A DNA stretch of 64,000 bases from Candidatus Daviesbacteria bacterium (GTDB taxonomy: Bacteria; Patescibacteriota; Microgenomatia; Daviesbacterales; UBA10151), in assembly GCA_028687915.1 (NCBI GenBank), contig JAQTZF010000001.1, forward strand, positions 930,634 to 994,633, given 5' to 3'. The notes under the pieces are model-generated. The model did not search any database and was not told the DNA's origin. It saw only the letters and a program-made list of their open reading frames with translations. A program made the translations under genes and the position numbers. Shown here piece after piece: positions 1 through 10,240 of this stretch; positions within the stretch are counted from its first letter, which is position 1; each line of letters opens with the position of its first letter.

Positions 1-95
1 ACCGGACAACTAATCTTTAATAATGATAATCCTTCGGGTTTACCTCAAAATAACCAACAATTCATCCTTCCAATCCGGTTTAGATAAATTACTTT

Positions 96-392
96 TTAGC
101 TCTTAGATTTAGAGGACATTTTCTCGTCCATCTTCTCCTGAGCATCCTCCTTTGCAGCTTCAGCTTTTTCTCCTACTTCTGAGGCTGTTTCTTTAACTTT
201 AGAGTAAACCTCTCTTCCTTTTTCTTTTAATTCTCCCATCTTTTCTTGTACCATTTCACGGTTTTTCTCATCAGTTAATTCTACAGCTGCAACCCCCACT
301 GCTGCACCAACAGCTGCTCCTACTAATCCAGCTGCTAAAGGACTCATTCCTTTTCTATTATCACTTACTTGTGAACCTCTTGTATTTGGCAT
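96..392 (-). CDS. YtxH-like small stress-associated protein (Gly/Ala-rich N-terminal helix followed by a Glu/Lys-rich coiled region)
   Basis: 98-aa ORF. Composition and architecture resemble the YtxH/DUF948 general-stress family. No catalytic motif was found. Confidence 0.4.
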   Translation of the reverse strand: MPNTRGSQVSDNRKGMSPLAAGLVGAAVGAAVGVAAVELTDEKNREMVQEKMGELKEKGREVYSKVKETASEVGEKAEAAKEDAQEKMDEKMSSKSKS

Positions 393-399
393 TATGTTA

Positions 400-621
400 T
401 CACCTCCTTCTTCTTGAAAATATTCGTAATAAATCTAAAAGTCCAAATTTAATAGTGTTTTTAAGTTTGTCTATATCTTCTGAAACATCTTCTGCATTCT
501 CAAGAATTAATTTTAGTGTCTTAAGAGACTGTGCTAAATGATATGCAGCATAAGATATGAACCCCGCCAATATCAAAAACCCTGTTCCAAGACTTAAAAA
601 CAAAAAATCTTGTGACGTCAT
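400..621 (-). CDS. Small membrane protein, DUF948-like (N-terminal TM helix plus charged coiled segment)
   Basis: 73-aa ORF lying 8 nt downstream of the previous gene on the same strand. It has a hydrophobic N-terminus followed by an E/K-rich tail. Confidence 0.35.
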   Translation of the reverse strand: MTSQDFLFLSLGTGFLILAGFISYAAYHLAQSLKTLKLILENAEDVSEDIDKLKNTIKFGLLDLLRIFSRRRR

Positions 622-624
622 GCT

Positions 625-1239
625 TTATGCTCCCCCATGATACTCTGCATGATGTTCTGTTCGATGTTTTGCAACATATTCATCCTCTACTGGTAAATTT
701 AACATCTTTACTTCAGTAGCCCCATGCTTTGTAAGCAAATTTTGGACTTCTTCTGCCTTTTCATCTGGTGCGGAAACTGCAAGCAATATTCCACCACTCA
801 TAATCTCTTCTTCGTATTTTCGTGCCTCTTCTTCATGCATTCCCAACCCCATAAGCCCTCCGATAAGTCCACCCGCCACAATCCCTTCAGCCGCCCCTGT
901 AACAGTAGTCGCAACAGCTCCTGTGATACCTAAAGCCCCGGCAATTGGTCCACCTACAAGTAAGGGTCCTACACCAGGAATTGTAAACACACCAAGTCCA
1001 ACTAATAATCCAGCTAAACCACCTAATAACCCACCTGTTGTAGCCCCACTCACAGTTGATCCGGCAACATGGGATGACCTGGTGTCTCCATGTTCATGCC
1101 CCTCTTCCTGAACATGCTTCATTAAAATAGACATACTTTTTGGATCATATCCAAGTTCTTTTAACTCATCAATTATCATAGAAACGTGTTCTTGGGATTT
1201 AAAAATACCTATAACTGTTTCTGTCATTATTCTCACCAC
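625..1239 (-). CDS. General stress protein, YflT/GSP17M-like, with a central glycine-zipper membrane segment
   Basis: 204-aa ORF. The N-terminal block IGIFKSQEHVSMIIDELKELGY resembles DUF1269/YflT. The long G/A/L-rich segment is typical of a Gly zipper. Confidence 0.45.
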   Translation of the reverse strand: MVRIMTETVIGIFKSQEHVSMIIDELKELGYDPKSMSILMKHVQEEGHEHGDTRSSHVAGSTVSGATTGGLLGGLAGLLVGLGVFTIPGVGPLLVGGPIAGALGITGAVATTVTGAAEGIVAGGLIGGLMGLGMHEEEARKYEEEIMSGGILLAVSAPDEKAEEVQNLLTKHGATEVKMLNLPVEDEYVAKHRTEHHAEYHGGA

Positions 1240-1300
1240 CTTCCCTTAATATCAGCCTCAGTTTAAGACAAATATTATATTTTGTCTGTAAGATTTAATA

Positions 1301-1480
1301 CTAATACCTTACCGGATTGCTTTGCTGCACACCTGGAGTCTGGGTATTATTTCCAGATCTTCCCATTCTTGCAAAAACAAAATAATAAATAATTCCATAA
1401 ACAATTGCTCCAATTATTAGATAAATAATAATCCATTGCCAAAGAGGTCTTTTTCCATAACCTGATTTATTTTCTTCCAT
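1301..1480 (-). CDS. Small membrane protein (59 aa), absent from the ORF track
   Basis: ATG at 1478-1480 on the minus strand is preceded by a strong SD, AAAGGAGGTGAAAAAAAT. The product is MEENKSGYGKRPLWQWIIIYLIIGAIVYGIIYYFVFARMGRSGNNTQTPGVQQSNPVRY, with one TM helix. Confidence 0.35.
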   Translation of the reverse strand: MEENKSGYGKRPLWQWIIIYLIIGAIVYGIIYYFVFARMGRSGNNTQTPGVQQSNPVRY

Positions 1481-1518
1481 ATTTTTTTCACCTCCTTTTA
1501 TTTTCTAAGTCTTATATC

Positions 1519-2580
1519 CTAATATTCTTTTCTAAGAATCTTATCGTAAACCCCTTCATATCCATCTACCATATTTTTTACACTAAATTTATTTAGAACA
1601 TATTCCCTGCAATAGCTCCTGTTTATACTTTGAATATTGGCAATTGCCTCTATCATTTCTGAAATATCATTAACTACAAACCCGGATTTTCCATCATCAA
1701 CTACTTCCAGCATTGAACCCAAATTAAATGCCACAACCGGCGTGCCGCATGCCATTGATTCAATAACAGTAAGTCCAAATGGTTCTGGCCAGGTTATGGG
1801 ATGCAAAGAACATAGCGCTTTACTCATTAGCTTGTTTCTTTCTGTTTCATCTACTTCACCAACTAATCTAATTTGATCAGATAATTTGGGTTCCACAAAT
1901 TGTCTAAAATATGAAATATCTTGTAAACTATCTGCTGCTAAATCTATTTTTGCAGCAATTATTAATGGCATGTTTAAATATTGTGCCACCTCAATTGCAA
2001 TATGAACACCTTTTTCCATGGAAATTCTACCTGTAAAAAGTAAATAATCACCTCGTTTTTTGGAAAACGGAAAGTGTGTCATATCTAAACCATGATAAAT
2101 ATTTCCTATAAACTTTAACTTTGGAGCAGAAGCAGCTTGTGCATGAGAAACAGAAACTACAAATGGGTTTTTTAGGTTTTCAAAGACTCTTTTTTCATTT
2201 ACCCCAAATGCCCCATGCATAGTCATCACCACCGGAACCCTGGATAGGTTGGCTGTAGGTAAACTCAGATAACCATTATGGTCATGAATAATATCAAACT
2301 GGTCCTGCAATTGATAAGCATTGCCAATATTTAACAAAGATAAAATATTAGCACCATATACATTATGTAAAACCTTTGACTGGCGAAGTGATTTTGGATA
2401 AATTGAAACAAGTTTAGCAGAAGTAATAGAATCACCACTGGCAAACAAGGTTACCTCATGACCTCGTTTAACAAGCTCTTCAGTCAAAGCATAAATGACT
2501 CTTTCTGTCCCTCCATACTTATTTGGCGGAACTCTTTCTGCAATGTTTGCTAGCTGTGCTATTTTCAATCTTTTTTCCAA
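1519..2580 (-). CDS. Glycosyltransferase family 4 (GT-B, retaining)
   Basis: C-terminal EPFGLTVIESMACGTPVVA motif characteristic of GT4. 353 aa. Confidence 0.8.
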   Translation of the reverse strand: MEKRLKIAQLANIAERVPPNKYGGTERVIYALTEELVKRGHEVTLFASGDSITSAKLVSIYPKSLRQSKVLHNVYGANILSLLNIGNAYQLQDQFDIIHDHNGYLSLPTANLSRVPVVMTMHGAFGVNEKRVFENLKNPFVVSVSHAQAASAPKLKFIGNIYHGLDMTHFPFSKKRGDYLLFTGRISMEKGVHIAIEVAQYLNMPLIIAAKIDLAADSLQDISYFRQFVEPKLSDQIRLVGEVDETERNKLMSKALCSLHPITWPEPFGLTVIESMACGTPVVAFNLGSMLEVVDDGKSGFVVNDISEMIEAIANIQSINRSYCREYVLNKFSVKNMVDGYEGVYDKILRKEY

Positions 2581-2699
2581 TTATTATTATATAGCTTGGT
2601 TTATTGGCTGCCTGTAAGATACATTACTGCGAAAATTTTGATTGTATCTTATAGTGAGGTTGAAAATAATAAATACTATCGGAAGGGGGTGAGTAATTA

Positions 2700-3035
2700 A
2701 TGTATTGGTTAATTGGTATATTAGGTTTGGCATCAATCGCTGCTCCATTTTTACTAAATTATAATGATAATGTTTTTGCTTTATGGACAAACTTAATCTT
2801 TGGAGCGGTATTATTGGTGGCGGCATTACTAGAAGCTTTTGCCGATGATAAGGATACCTGGGAATACTGGGTAGTAGGCATAGCAGGCATAGGAGCAATT
2901 CTTGCTCCGTTTATTTTAGGTTTTAATGCTTTGACTGCAGCATTATGGACAATTGTAGCTATTGGAATAATAACTATAGTTGCAGCAGGCACTAAAATTT
3001 TTCAAAGTGGTTCATCCACAAGGTTAGGTTATTAA
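2700..3035 (+). CDS. Small integral membrane protein, internally duplicated (SPW-repeat-like)
   Basis: Two similar halves: IGILGLASIAAPFLLNYN...ALWTN and VGIAGIGAILAPFILGFN...ALWT. SD GGAAGGGGGTGAG lies 5 nt upstream. Confidence 0.5.
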   Translation: MYWLIGILGLASIAAPFLLNYNDNVFALWTNLIFGAVLLVAALLEAFADDKDTWEYWVVGIAGIGAILAPFILGFNALTAALWTIVAIGIITIVAAGTKIFQSGSSTRLGY

Positions 3036-3074
3036 GCAGGCCCTCAACCTGAGGAAGAAGGGAGGTGAAAAAGA

Positions 3075-3491
3075 ATGGCTAATCAATTAGCACGAAGAGA
3101 CGAGTGGGTTTTCCCCAGAGTAACGCTACCATCGATTTGGGAAGATTTCCTGGAAGGAACAAGATTAGATGCAATTCCAAGTGGTTTATCAGTTTCTGAA
3201 GATGAAAAGAATTTCTATGTAGATGCTTCTATGCCTGGACTAGATCCAAAAGATATAGAAGTAACTTTTGATCGGGGAATATTAATGATCAACGGAGAAA
3301 AAGAAGAGGAGGAAAGGGAAAAGAAATTCTATAGAAAAGCAACAAATCAATTTTCTTATTCAATTGTTGCTCCAGAAAATATAGACAGCAAAGCAGAACC
3401 AAAACTAGTCTATAAAAATGGTGTAATGCATGCAGTATTTGAAAAAACTGCTGCATCAAAACCAAAGAAAATAGCAGTTAAGGCGGAGTAA
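3075..3491 (+). CDS. Small heat-shock protein, Hsp20/alpha-crystallin family
   Basis: Alpha-crystallin domain pattern (FYVDASMPGLDPKDIEVTFDRGILMINGEK ... KNGVMHAVFEK). SD GGAGGTGA upstream. Confidence 0.85.
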   Translation: MANQLARRDEWVFPRVTLPSIWEDFLEGTRLDAIPSGLSVSEDEKNFYVDASMPGLDPKDIEVTFDRGILMINGEKEEEEREKKFYRKATNQFSYSIVAPENIDSKAEPKLVYKNGVMHAVFEKTAASKPKKIAVKAE

Positions 3492-3494
3492 GTA

Positions 3495-4163
3495 ATGGAA
3501 ACATACTTTAGAGATAGGTATGAGGCTGGAAAAAAATTAGCAGGAATACTTAAGCCTCTTAAAAATCAAAAAGTAGTTGTTTATGCATTGCCCCGGGGAG
3601 GAGTGATTATTGGAGCAGAGATTGCCAGAGAATTAGACGCACCTTTCGATCTAATCATAACTAGAAAAATTGGTCATCCTAATTCTTTGGAATATGCAAT
3701 TGGAGCAATTGCTGAAGATGGGCACTCTATATTTGAAAAAGAACAAATTTCAGAGATAGATCCTGATTATATAATTACTGCAGCAGAAAAAGAAAAAGAA
3801 GAAGCAAAAAGACGAAGACAAATTTATTTAGAAGGAAAAAAACCAATAAGCAGTAAAAATAAAATCGCTATTTTAGTTGATGATGGAGTGGCAACAGGAC
3901 TCACTATGAAGATTGCTATAAAAGAATTACAAATGCATTACAAACCAAAAAAAATTATAGTAGCAGTAGGAATTATTTCAGATAGTGTTGCAGATGAACT
4001 TGAAAGTGAAGGTGTAGAGATAATAACGTTAATTAGGGAAAATAACTTTTTGGGTGCTATTGGAGAATATTATCAGGATTTTTCTCCTGTTGAAGATACA
4101 GATGTTATAAAAATAATGAAAGGAGTAAAGATACATGCATCTTTTCCTGTTCAGGCAATTTAA
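3495..4163 (+). CDS. Type I phosphoribosyltransferase-domain protein
   Basis: PRPP-binding loop ILVDDGVATGLTM and N-terminal VVVYALPRGGVIIGAEIA. Starts 4 nt after the hsp20 stop. Confidence 0.7.
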   Translation: METYFRDRYEAGKKLAGILKPLKNQKVVVYALPRGGVIIGAEIARELDAPFDLIITRKIGHPNSLEYAIGAIAEDGHSIFEKEQISEIDPDYIITAAEKEKEEAKRRRQIYLEGKKPISSKNKIAILVDDGVATGLTMKIAIKELQMHYKPKKIIVAVGIISDSVADELESEGVEIITLIRENNFLGAIGEYYQDFSPVEDTDVIKIMKGVKIHASFPVQAI

Positions 4164-5109
4164 GTATTTAATTAAAGACCTAAAAGAATTACCCAATTTA
4201 AATATTGGAAAGTTTGATATTAACCGTTTTCCCAATCAGGAATTATATATAAAACTTTATACAAATGTTGCAAATAAAGAATGTTTAATAATGAGCTCTA
4301 TTACTCCTCCTGAAGAAAATTTATTCTCAACTTTACTTTTATCACATACTTTAAAAAAAGATGGTGCAACTACAATTAGTGCTTTACTTCCTTACCTTGC
4401 TTACACAAGACAAGACAAAGAAAAAAGAGGTGAGAGTTTAGCTGCTGCAAGTGTTGGTGAATTACTACTAACCTCTCATATTAATGAAATTATAACCATA
4501 GATCTACACAGTCATAAGGCAGAAGATTTGTTTCCATTACTAATTCATAACTTATCTACTGCTAAACTTTTTGCTAAAGAAATAAATAAATTAAAACTTA
4601 AAAATCCTACATTTATTGCCCCTGATGAAGGTTCCATCGAAAGAGTTGAAAAAGTAATGGAAGAATTTGGGAAAAAAGCTGAATTAGCTTTTATGAAAAA
4701 GAAAAGGACTACAAGTGGAATTAACTCTATTTTATTTGGACATATAAATAAAGATGTAATTATTATAGATGATATGTTAGATACCGGAAAAACTCTTATA
4801 GCATGTTGTGAAAAACTAAAATTAAAAGGTGCTGAAAATATCTATATTTTTGTGACACATGGTTTGTTTACAGGTAAAGACTGGCAAGATTTATTTAATC
4901 TTAATGTTAAAAATATATATTGCACAAATTCTATTCCAGACGTACAAAATCTAAAATATAAAGGAATAAATATTATTTCAATTAAGCCACTACTGGAAGA
5001 ATACTTTTATCATATAAAAAAACTTAAACAAGAACTAAACCAATTTTATAAGGGGTTTAGAGAAGGCAGAGTTATTGAACCAGAGGAAACACCAATTTTT
5101 GAATTATAA
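4135..5109 (+). CDS. prs: Ribose-phosphate pyrophosphokinase-like (PRPP synthetase family)
   Basis: N-terminal Prs-like domain (FPNQELYIKLYTNVANKECLIMSS, LLPYLAYTRQD) and C-terminal PRPP loop IIIDDMLDTGKTL. Overlaps the upstream gene by 29 nt, so the exact start is uncertain. Confidence 0.65.
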   Translation: MHLFLFRQFKYLIKDLKELPNLNIGKFDINRFPNQELYIKLYTNVANKECLIMSSITPPEENLFSTLLLSHTLKKDGATTISALLPYLAYTRQDKEKRGESLAAASVGELLLTSHINEIITIDLHSHKAEDLFPLLIHNLSTAKLFAKEINKLKLKNPTFIAPDEGSIERVEKVMEEFGKKAELAFMKKKRTTSGINSILFGHINKDVIIIDDMLDTGKTLIACCEKLKLKGAENIYIFVTHGLFTGKDWQDLFNLNVKNIYCTNSIPDVQNLKYKGINIISIKPLLEEYFYHIKKLKQELNQFYKGFREGRVIEPEETPIFEL

Positions 5110-5164
5110 TTTATTCTTATAAGCCATTGACATCATTCCCTATTACAATCTACAGTTATTATAG

Positions 5165-6349
5165 ATGTCAGCTTTTTTCTATAAATTTAAACAGGTATTT
5201 ACTAAAAAGTTATTGTTTGGCTTGTTAATTATAATGATAGTAATTACTACAACCATTGCTGGATTTTATTACAAAAATGGACAGGATTTAACAGCAGTAA
5301 ATTTAATTCTTCAAAAAAAGTTTTTAGATAGTGACCAACAATTATCAACACTAAAAAATACCGACCAGGTTAAAGTAAACAAAGACTTAACTGATGAAAT
5401 TAAAAGAATTAATACAAACTACAAAGAATCTATCTCTTCCTATGAAAAAATTACAGATTTAAAAGTACAAAAAGTAGATACCAGTAAATTAGACCCAGTT
5501 TATGCTAAAGTAGTAAAGTATTTAGCTGATAAAAATTACTCCTCTGCTTCTGCACTAATCACTGATTTAAATTCTCAGATTGAAAAAGCTACCCCCAAGG
5601 TAACTGTCAGTTCACAACCTTCTGCAGCTAATGCACCTCAAAGTAATACACCTCCTGGCTCTGGTTATTTAAGGCAGGTGGTAAACGTTGATGGACAAAA
5701 TTATACAGTTGATATAATTGCTGCAGATTTAAATTCTACAAAAGTTATTGTTGATACTGCATCAGATTCTGATTGCGGCAATAATTGTCCGGTATTACCC
5801 TTGGCAACATACGTTTCCCGTTCAGGGGCTTTTGCCGGAATCAACGGTTCTTATTTTTGCCCTGCTGATTACCCAAGCTGTTCCGGAAAAACTAATTCTT
5901 TTGATACTTTAGTAATGAATAAAAATAAATATTACTTTAACAGCAGCAATAATGTTTACAGCACCATTCCGGCAGCCATCTTTTCAGCTGGTTCAGCCAG
6001 GTTTGTTGGAAGAAGCATGGATTGGGGCAGAGATACAGGAGTAGATGGTGTAATTGCAAACTATCCCCTGCTTGTTTCCGGAGGTAATATTAATTTTACA
6101 GAAGCACCAAATGAACCTAAGTTTGGTGGTAAAGGAGCCAGAAGCTTTATTGGAAATAAAGGAAATATGGTTTATATTGGTTACGTTTACAGTGCTTCTA
6201 TGGGTGAATCAGCCAAAGTCCTTCACGCTCTTGGTTTAACAAATGCTTTAAATATGGACCAGGGCGGTTCAAGTGCTTTGTGGTATGGAGGTTATAAAAT
6301 AGGTCCGGGAAGAAGCGTTCCTAATGCTATTCTTTTTGTCAGGAGGTAA
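5165..6349 (+). CDS. Membrane-anchored phosphodiester glycosidase family protein (NAGPA/DUF2233-like)
   Basis: N-terminal TM helix. C-terminal motifs AGINGSYF and LNMDQGGSSALW resemble the PF09992 family. Confidence 0.55.
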   Translation: MSAFFYKFKQVFTKKLLFGLLIIMIVITTTIAGFYYKNGQDLTAVNLILQKKFLDSDQQLSTLKNTDQVKVNKDLTDEIKRINTNYKESISSYEKITDLKVQKVDTSKLDPVYAKVVKYLADKNYSSASALITDLNSQIEKATPKVTVSSQPSAANAPQSNTPPGSGYLRQVVNVDGQNYTVDIIAADLNSTKVIVDTASDSDCGNNCPVLPLATYVSRSGAFAGINGSYFCPADYPSCSGKTNSFDTLVMNKNKYYFNSSNNVYSTIPAAIFSAGSARFVGRSMDWGRDTGVDGVIANYPLLVSGGNINFTEAPNEPKFGGKGARSFIGNKGNMVYIGYVYSASMGESAKVLHALGLTNALNMDQGGSSALWYGGYKIGPGRSVPNAILFVRR

Positions 6350-6354
6350 ATTAA

Positions 6355-6744
6355 ATGAAATTTAATGACCTAACATCAAAAGAAAAAGAGGTCATCGAAA
6401 ACAAAGGGACTGAACCACCCTTTTCTGGTGAATATAATGACTTTTATAAAAATGGCACTTTTATTTGTAGAAGATGTAATAATCCTCTTTTTTCATCTAA
6501 AGCAAAATTCGATGCAGGGTGTGGATGGCCTTCGTTTGATGAAAGCTTTCCCAATGCAATAAAGCACACATTAGATCCGGATGGTTTAAGAATAGAGGTA
6601 GAGTGTGCAAATTGTGGTGCTCATCTGGGACATGAATTTAAAGGTGAACATTTAACTAAAAAAAATCTTCGGGAATGTGTTAATTCTTTATCAATCCGTT
6701 TTATTCCCGAAAATGAAGAGGCGCCAAAGGTTATATATGAATAA
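6355..6744 (+). CDS. msrB: Peptide-methionine (R)-S-oxide reductase MsrB
   Basis: Two CxxC pairs (CRRC, CANC) and the GCGWPSF and HLGHEF signature motifs of SelR/MsrB. Confidence 0.85.
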   Translation: MKFNDLTSKEKEVIENKGTEPPFSGEYNDFYKNGTFICRRCNNPLFSSKAKFDAGCGWPSFDESFPNAIKHTLDPDGLRIEVECANCGAHLGHEFKGEHLTKKNLRECVNSLSIRFIPENEEAPKVIYE

Positions 6745-6780
6745 GTTAAAAACAACAACCCTTGCAGCATAATTTCAGAA

Positions 6781-6999
6781 ATGAAAATTACAGTGATAGT
6801 TCATCCAAATAGTAAAAAAGAAAGAATAGAAAAAGACCTGCTGGATACTTTGCATGTTTATGTTAATCAACCACCGTTAGAAGGAAAAGCCAACCAAGCC
6901 ACTATTGAAGCTTTGGCATTCTATTTTAAAACTAGTAAATCTAAAGTTACTTTAATTAAAGGATTAAAATCTAAACACAAAATATTTGAAATAGATTAA
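6781..6999 (+). CDS. DUF167/YggU family small protein
   Basis: 72 aa with the PLEGKAN motif typical of UPF0235/YggU. Confidence 0.6.
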   Translation: MKITVIVHPNSKKERIEKDLLDTLHVYVNQPPLEGKANQATIEALAFYFKTSKSKVTLIKGLKSKHKIFEID

Positions 7000-7107
7000 T
7001 ACTTAAAGATATTTATTTCTTCATCTCTACTCTTACCTTCTGATAAATTAATTACATCAAATTATATTGCCTTTTCCTTTATCCAGCCTCATCTGTTAGA
7101 ATACACT

Positions 7108-8268
7108 ATGGTAAAAACAGTGATGATTATCGCCAAACATTTAATATATGGTGGCACAGAAAAATATACATTAAATTTAGTTAACTCTTTAGTAGATAAA
7201 GGAATCTCTGTAGTCCTTGTAACTAGCGGTGGTCCACTAACCTCACACATCTCATCAAATGCTAAAGTTTTTATTACCCCCATAAGTAGAAAATATAGAA
7301 TAAAAGAAATTACTGAAAAAAGAATATTGGAAATAGCCAGAATCTATAAACCACAAGTCATCCACACACAATGCCGAACATCTTTAGTATGCAGTCAACT
7401 TGCGAGAACAACTTTAAGTATTCCTCTTGTTACACATGAACATCATATGTACAACAAAGAAGACTACCCTTTTATAGTAAACGAATTAAATGATGGTGCA
7501 GATAAAATTATAACAATTGGTCCTTACACTGCTAAAGAATTAATAAAAAACGGATTGAAAAAAAATAAAATAATATCAATATTAAATGGTGTAGATGTCC
7601 AAAAAGTACTTCCTGTTACTGAGCAGGAACGTAAATTAGCAAGAAAGTATTTTAATTTTAACGAGAAAGATAAAGTTATTGTTTGTTTATCCAGGGTAGA
7701 ACCAGGAAAAGGAATAGACAAGTTGATTAGAGGTTTTGTCAAAGTTTCAAAACAAATCCCAGAAGCAAAACTGGTAATTGCTGGTGATGATTATTGGGAT
7801 CCTTTAAAAACCGACTTAAATGACATGCGAATTGCTTATAACTTACAAAAAAAGTTATTTCTATTTCCAGGGGAATATAATGTAAGAAAATACCATGCTG
7901 TTGCAGACGTCTTTTGTTATCCAGCAATTGCAAAAGGAATGGCAGTAATGGAAGCAATGGCAGCTGGACTTCCAGTTGTTGGGAGAAAAACTATTAGAAA
8001 GCCACTAGTTGTAGAAAATAATATAAGTGGACTTATGACTAACCCCACATCTTCTTATGTTATAGATCCTGATCAAATTGCAGAAAAATTGATTTATCTT
8101 TTAGAAAGAATTTCTTTAGCAAGAACAATGGGAAAAGCTGCTAGAGAAAGAATTGAAACAAAATTTAATCTGGAGAATGTGGTTAAAAAAATTATGCATA
8201 CTTATGAGGAAACAATATCAATAAGACATCTATCTCCTTCAAGGTTATACAGATATCTAAACCAATAA
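7108..8268 (+). CDS. Glycosyltransferase family 4
   Basis: GT-B C-terminal motif AKGMAVMEAMAAGLPVV. Likely -10 TAGAAT just upstream. Confidence 0.75.
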   Translation: MVKTVMIIAKHLIYGGTEKYTLNLVNSLVDKGISVVLVTSGGPLTSHISSNAKVFITPISRKYRIKEITEKRILEIARIYKPQVIHTQCRTSLVCSQLARTTLSIPLVTHEHHMYNKEDYPFIVNELNDGADKIITIGPYTAKELIKNGLKKNKIISILNGVDVQKVLPVTEQERKLARKYFNFNEKDKVIVCLSRVEPGKGIDKLIRGFVKVSKQIPEAKLVIAGDDYWDPLKTDLNDMRIAYNLQKKLFLFPGEYNVRKYHAVADVFCYPAIAKGMAVMEAMAAGLPVVGRKTIRKPLVVENNISGLMTNPTSSYVIDPDQIAEKLIYLLERISLARTMGKAARERIETKFNLENVVKKIMHTYEETISIRHLSPSRLYRYLNQ

Positions 8269-8282
8269 CACGGTTATATTTT

Positions 8283-9137
8283 TTATATTGTTAAAAGTAC
8301 AAGTCCGGCGAAGCTTAAAGTTGCCCCAAGAATTTTTTTTACCAATGAATCTCTTTCTTTAAGAAAAATAGCTGAAAGGATTACTGTTAAAATTACACTT
8401 GATAAATTTACTGTGGTAATCTGGGAAGAATTAGATCCTGATTGTAATGCTGCAAAAAAAGTTAATGCTGAAACTGAATAAATCACACAAAGAATAATCA
8501 TCTTGATTAAAATATTTTTTTGTAAAAAAACTTTCATCTGCCCAATAGATTTTGGATAAACAATTGCAATTAATATTGGAGGAATAATAAAAGACAAAGA
8601 TACATAAGGGTATAGGTTAAAAGATTGCAAAAGAAGGCGGTCATTTGTAGTAGCAAAACCAAATAATATTGCAGCAATAAAAGCAAAAAGTTCTCCTTTG
8701 TTAAATTGAATTTTAAAATCTTTTAGTGTAACTATTAAAATACCACCTAGTAAAAGCGCAGCTCCAAAAAATTGTCCCAAACTTAAACTTTCTTTTAATA
8801 ATAAAGATGAGGCAAAAACTGTAAAAAGAGCCCTGCTTGTAAATATTACAGAATATTTTGAAGCTTCTATTCTCTTTAATGAATTAAAAATAAATACATT
8901 TGCTAAAGCATAAAAGATTATACCAATAGTTAAATTAAAGATAAGAGGCTTTAGGTCTGGAAGGGACATGTCTGTAATGAAAAAACCAAAAATACCAATT
9001 AGTATTCCAATCAACAGCTGAAAAAATATTGAATAAGCAACAGGGTCACTATCATGATCCTTTAATAAAACTCTTTGTAATAATGTAGAAACAGCAAAGA
9101 AAGTAACACTAATTCCAATTAATATTTGCCAAGGCAT
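8283..9137 (-). CDS. EamA/DMT-family transporter (about 10 TM)
   Basis: Hydrophobicity pattern and two-EamA-repeat layout. 284 aa. Confidence 0.65.
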   Translation of the reverse strand: MPWQILIGISVTFFAVSTLLQRVLLKDHDSDPVAYSIFFQLLIGILIGIFGFFITDMSLPDLKPLIFNLTIGIIFYALANVFIFNSLKRIEASKYSVIFTSRALFTVFASSLLLKESLSLGQFFGAALLLGGILIVTLKDFKIQFNKGELFAFIAAILFGFATTNDRLLLQSFNLYPYVSLSFIIPPILIAIVYPKSIGQMKVFLQKNILIKMIILCVIYSVSALTFFAALQSGSNSSQITTVNLSSVILTVILSAIFLKERDSLVKKILGATLSFAGLVLLTI

Positions 9138-9205
9138 ACATTAATTTATAACATTTTAAATATTTAAATACTACGTCACAAATATACTAAAATAAATAAA
9201 CCAAA

Positions 9206-10186
9206 TTATTTATTAAAATACTCGTATACTGCTTTAGAAATTAAAGCTATTCTATCTTGAGCTCCAGTAGGACTTTCACTTTCAGACATAACCACAATAA
9301 TATAATCCCCTTTTTCAGAAAACACTATCCCGCTATCATGTTTAAACCAACCAATATCTCCTGTTTTATTAGCTAAAATAGCCTGTTCTGGTAAATATTT
9401 TGGTAATCCATCATCAAATGTTTGTGCTTTTAGTATATCCAACATCTCAGCAGTGCTGGCTTGATCAGCTAATTCACCTTTATATAACTTTTCCCAAAAT
9501 GAAGCTATATCAGAGGCACTGGATTTTGGTACATCTGTACCTTTTCCTACTGAAGAAGAGTTAAAGCCATTTTCTTTCAAAAAACTCTCAACAGAAGTAA
9601 CTTTAATTTTATCTGTTAAAAGCAAGGCAGCATAATTGTGGGAAATAGTAATCATCTGCTTTATTGCCTCCGTAACAGTCATATCTATACTGCCACTGGT
9701 TAATTCTGCATCTTCCGGACCAATACCAAATTTATGATTTAAATTCGGAATATCATCTGCTAAAAGTTCATCTTTAGGTAAAGTTCCTTCTTGGATTTTT
9801 TTATAAGCAACTGCCATTACCCATAACTTATAAAGACTTCCTGTTTCATAAAGATTGCTTTCATTCTTAAAATATGATTCACCAGTTTTAAGGTTTTTTA
9901 TTACTACTGAGTAATTCCCCTTGGATCCGGCCAATGCATTTTCTACCACATCCCCCAATGGACTTTTGATAATTTGATTATCCTGATTATTTATATCATT
10001 TGAATTTGCAGAAACAAATGGATCAATTAAACCAGAGGGACTACTCACACTGGCTTTTATAAAGAAGCTTGATATAAAAACTAGTAGACCTCCTACTAAC
10101 ATTAACATTACAAAATTCTGAAGTAATCTTCTCCTCTTCCTTCTTTGTCTTTTTATAAAAAATTTAGTTGCGAGGCGTCGTTCCAT
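9206..10186 (-). CDS. Membrane-anchored class A beta-lactamase-like serine hydrolase
   Basis: SxxK motif (SLYK) and KTG motif (NKTGDIG). Basic/TM N-terminus; the real start may be at the internal Met (MLMLVGG). Confidence 0.55.
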   Translation of the reverse strand: MERRLATKFFIKRQRRKRRRLLQNFVMLMLVGGLLVFISSFFIKASVSSPSGLIDPFVSANSNDINNQDNQIIKSPLGDVVENALAGSKGNYSVVIKNLKTGESYFKNESNLYETGSLYKLWVMAVAYKKIQEGTLPKDELLADDIPNLNHKFGIGPEDAELTSGSIDMTVTEAIKQMITISHNYAALLLTDKIKVTSVESFLKENGFNSSSVGKGTDVPKSSASDIASFWEKLYKGELADQASTAEMLDILKAQTFDDGLPKYLPEQAILANKTGDIGWFKHDSGIVFSEKGDYIIVVMSESESPTGAQDRIALISKAVYEYFNK

Positions 10187-10240
10187 TTTTTACCTTAAAA
10201 CATTCTAGCAGATGTAAAGTTAAAGGGTAAGTTTAAAAAA

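Noticed and set aside
724-1111. Plus-strand ORFs 724..933 and 923..1111 (69 and 62 aa)
   Set aside because: They lie entirely antisense to the 204-aa YflT-like gene. Their Pro/Ser/Thr-rich translations are the mirror of its Gly-rich coding strand, so they are ORF-finder artefacts.
2587-2992. Minus-strand ORFs 2587..2898 and 2759..2992
   Set aside because: Antisense to, or overlapping, the SPW-repeat-like membrane gene, which has a good SD. No start context of their own.
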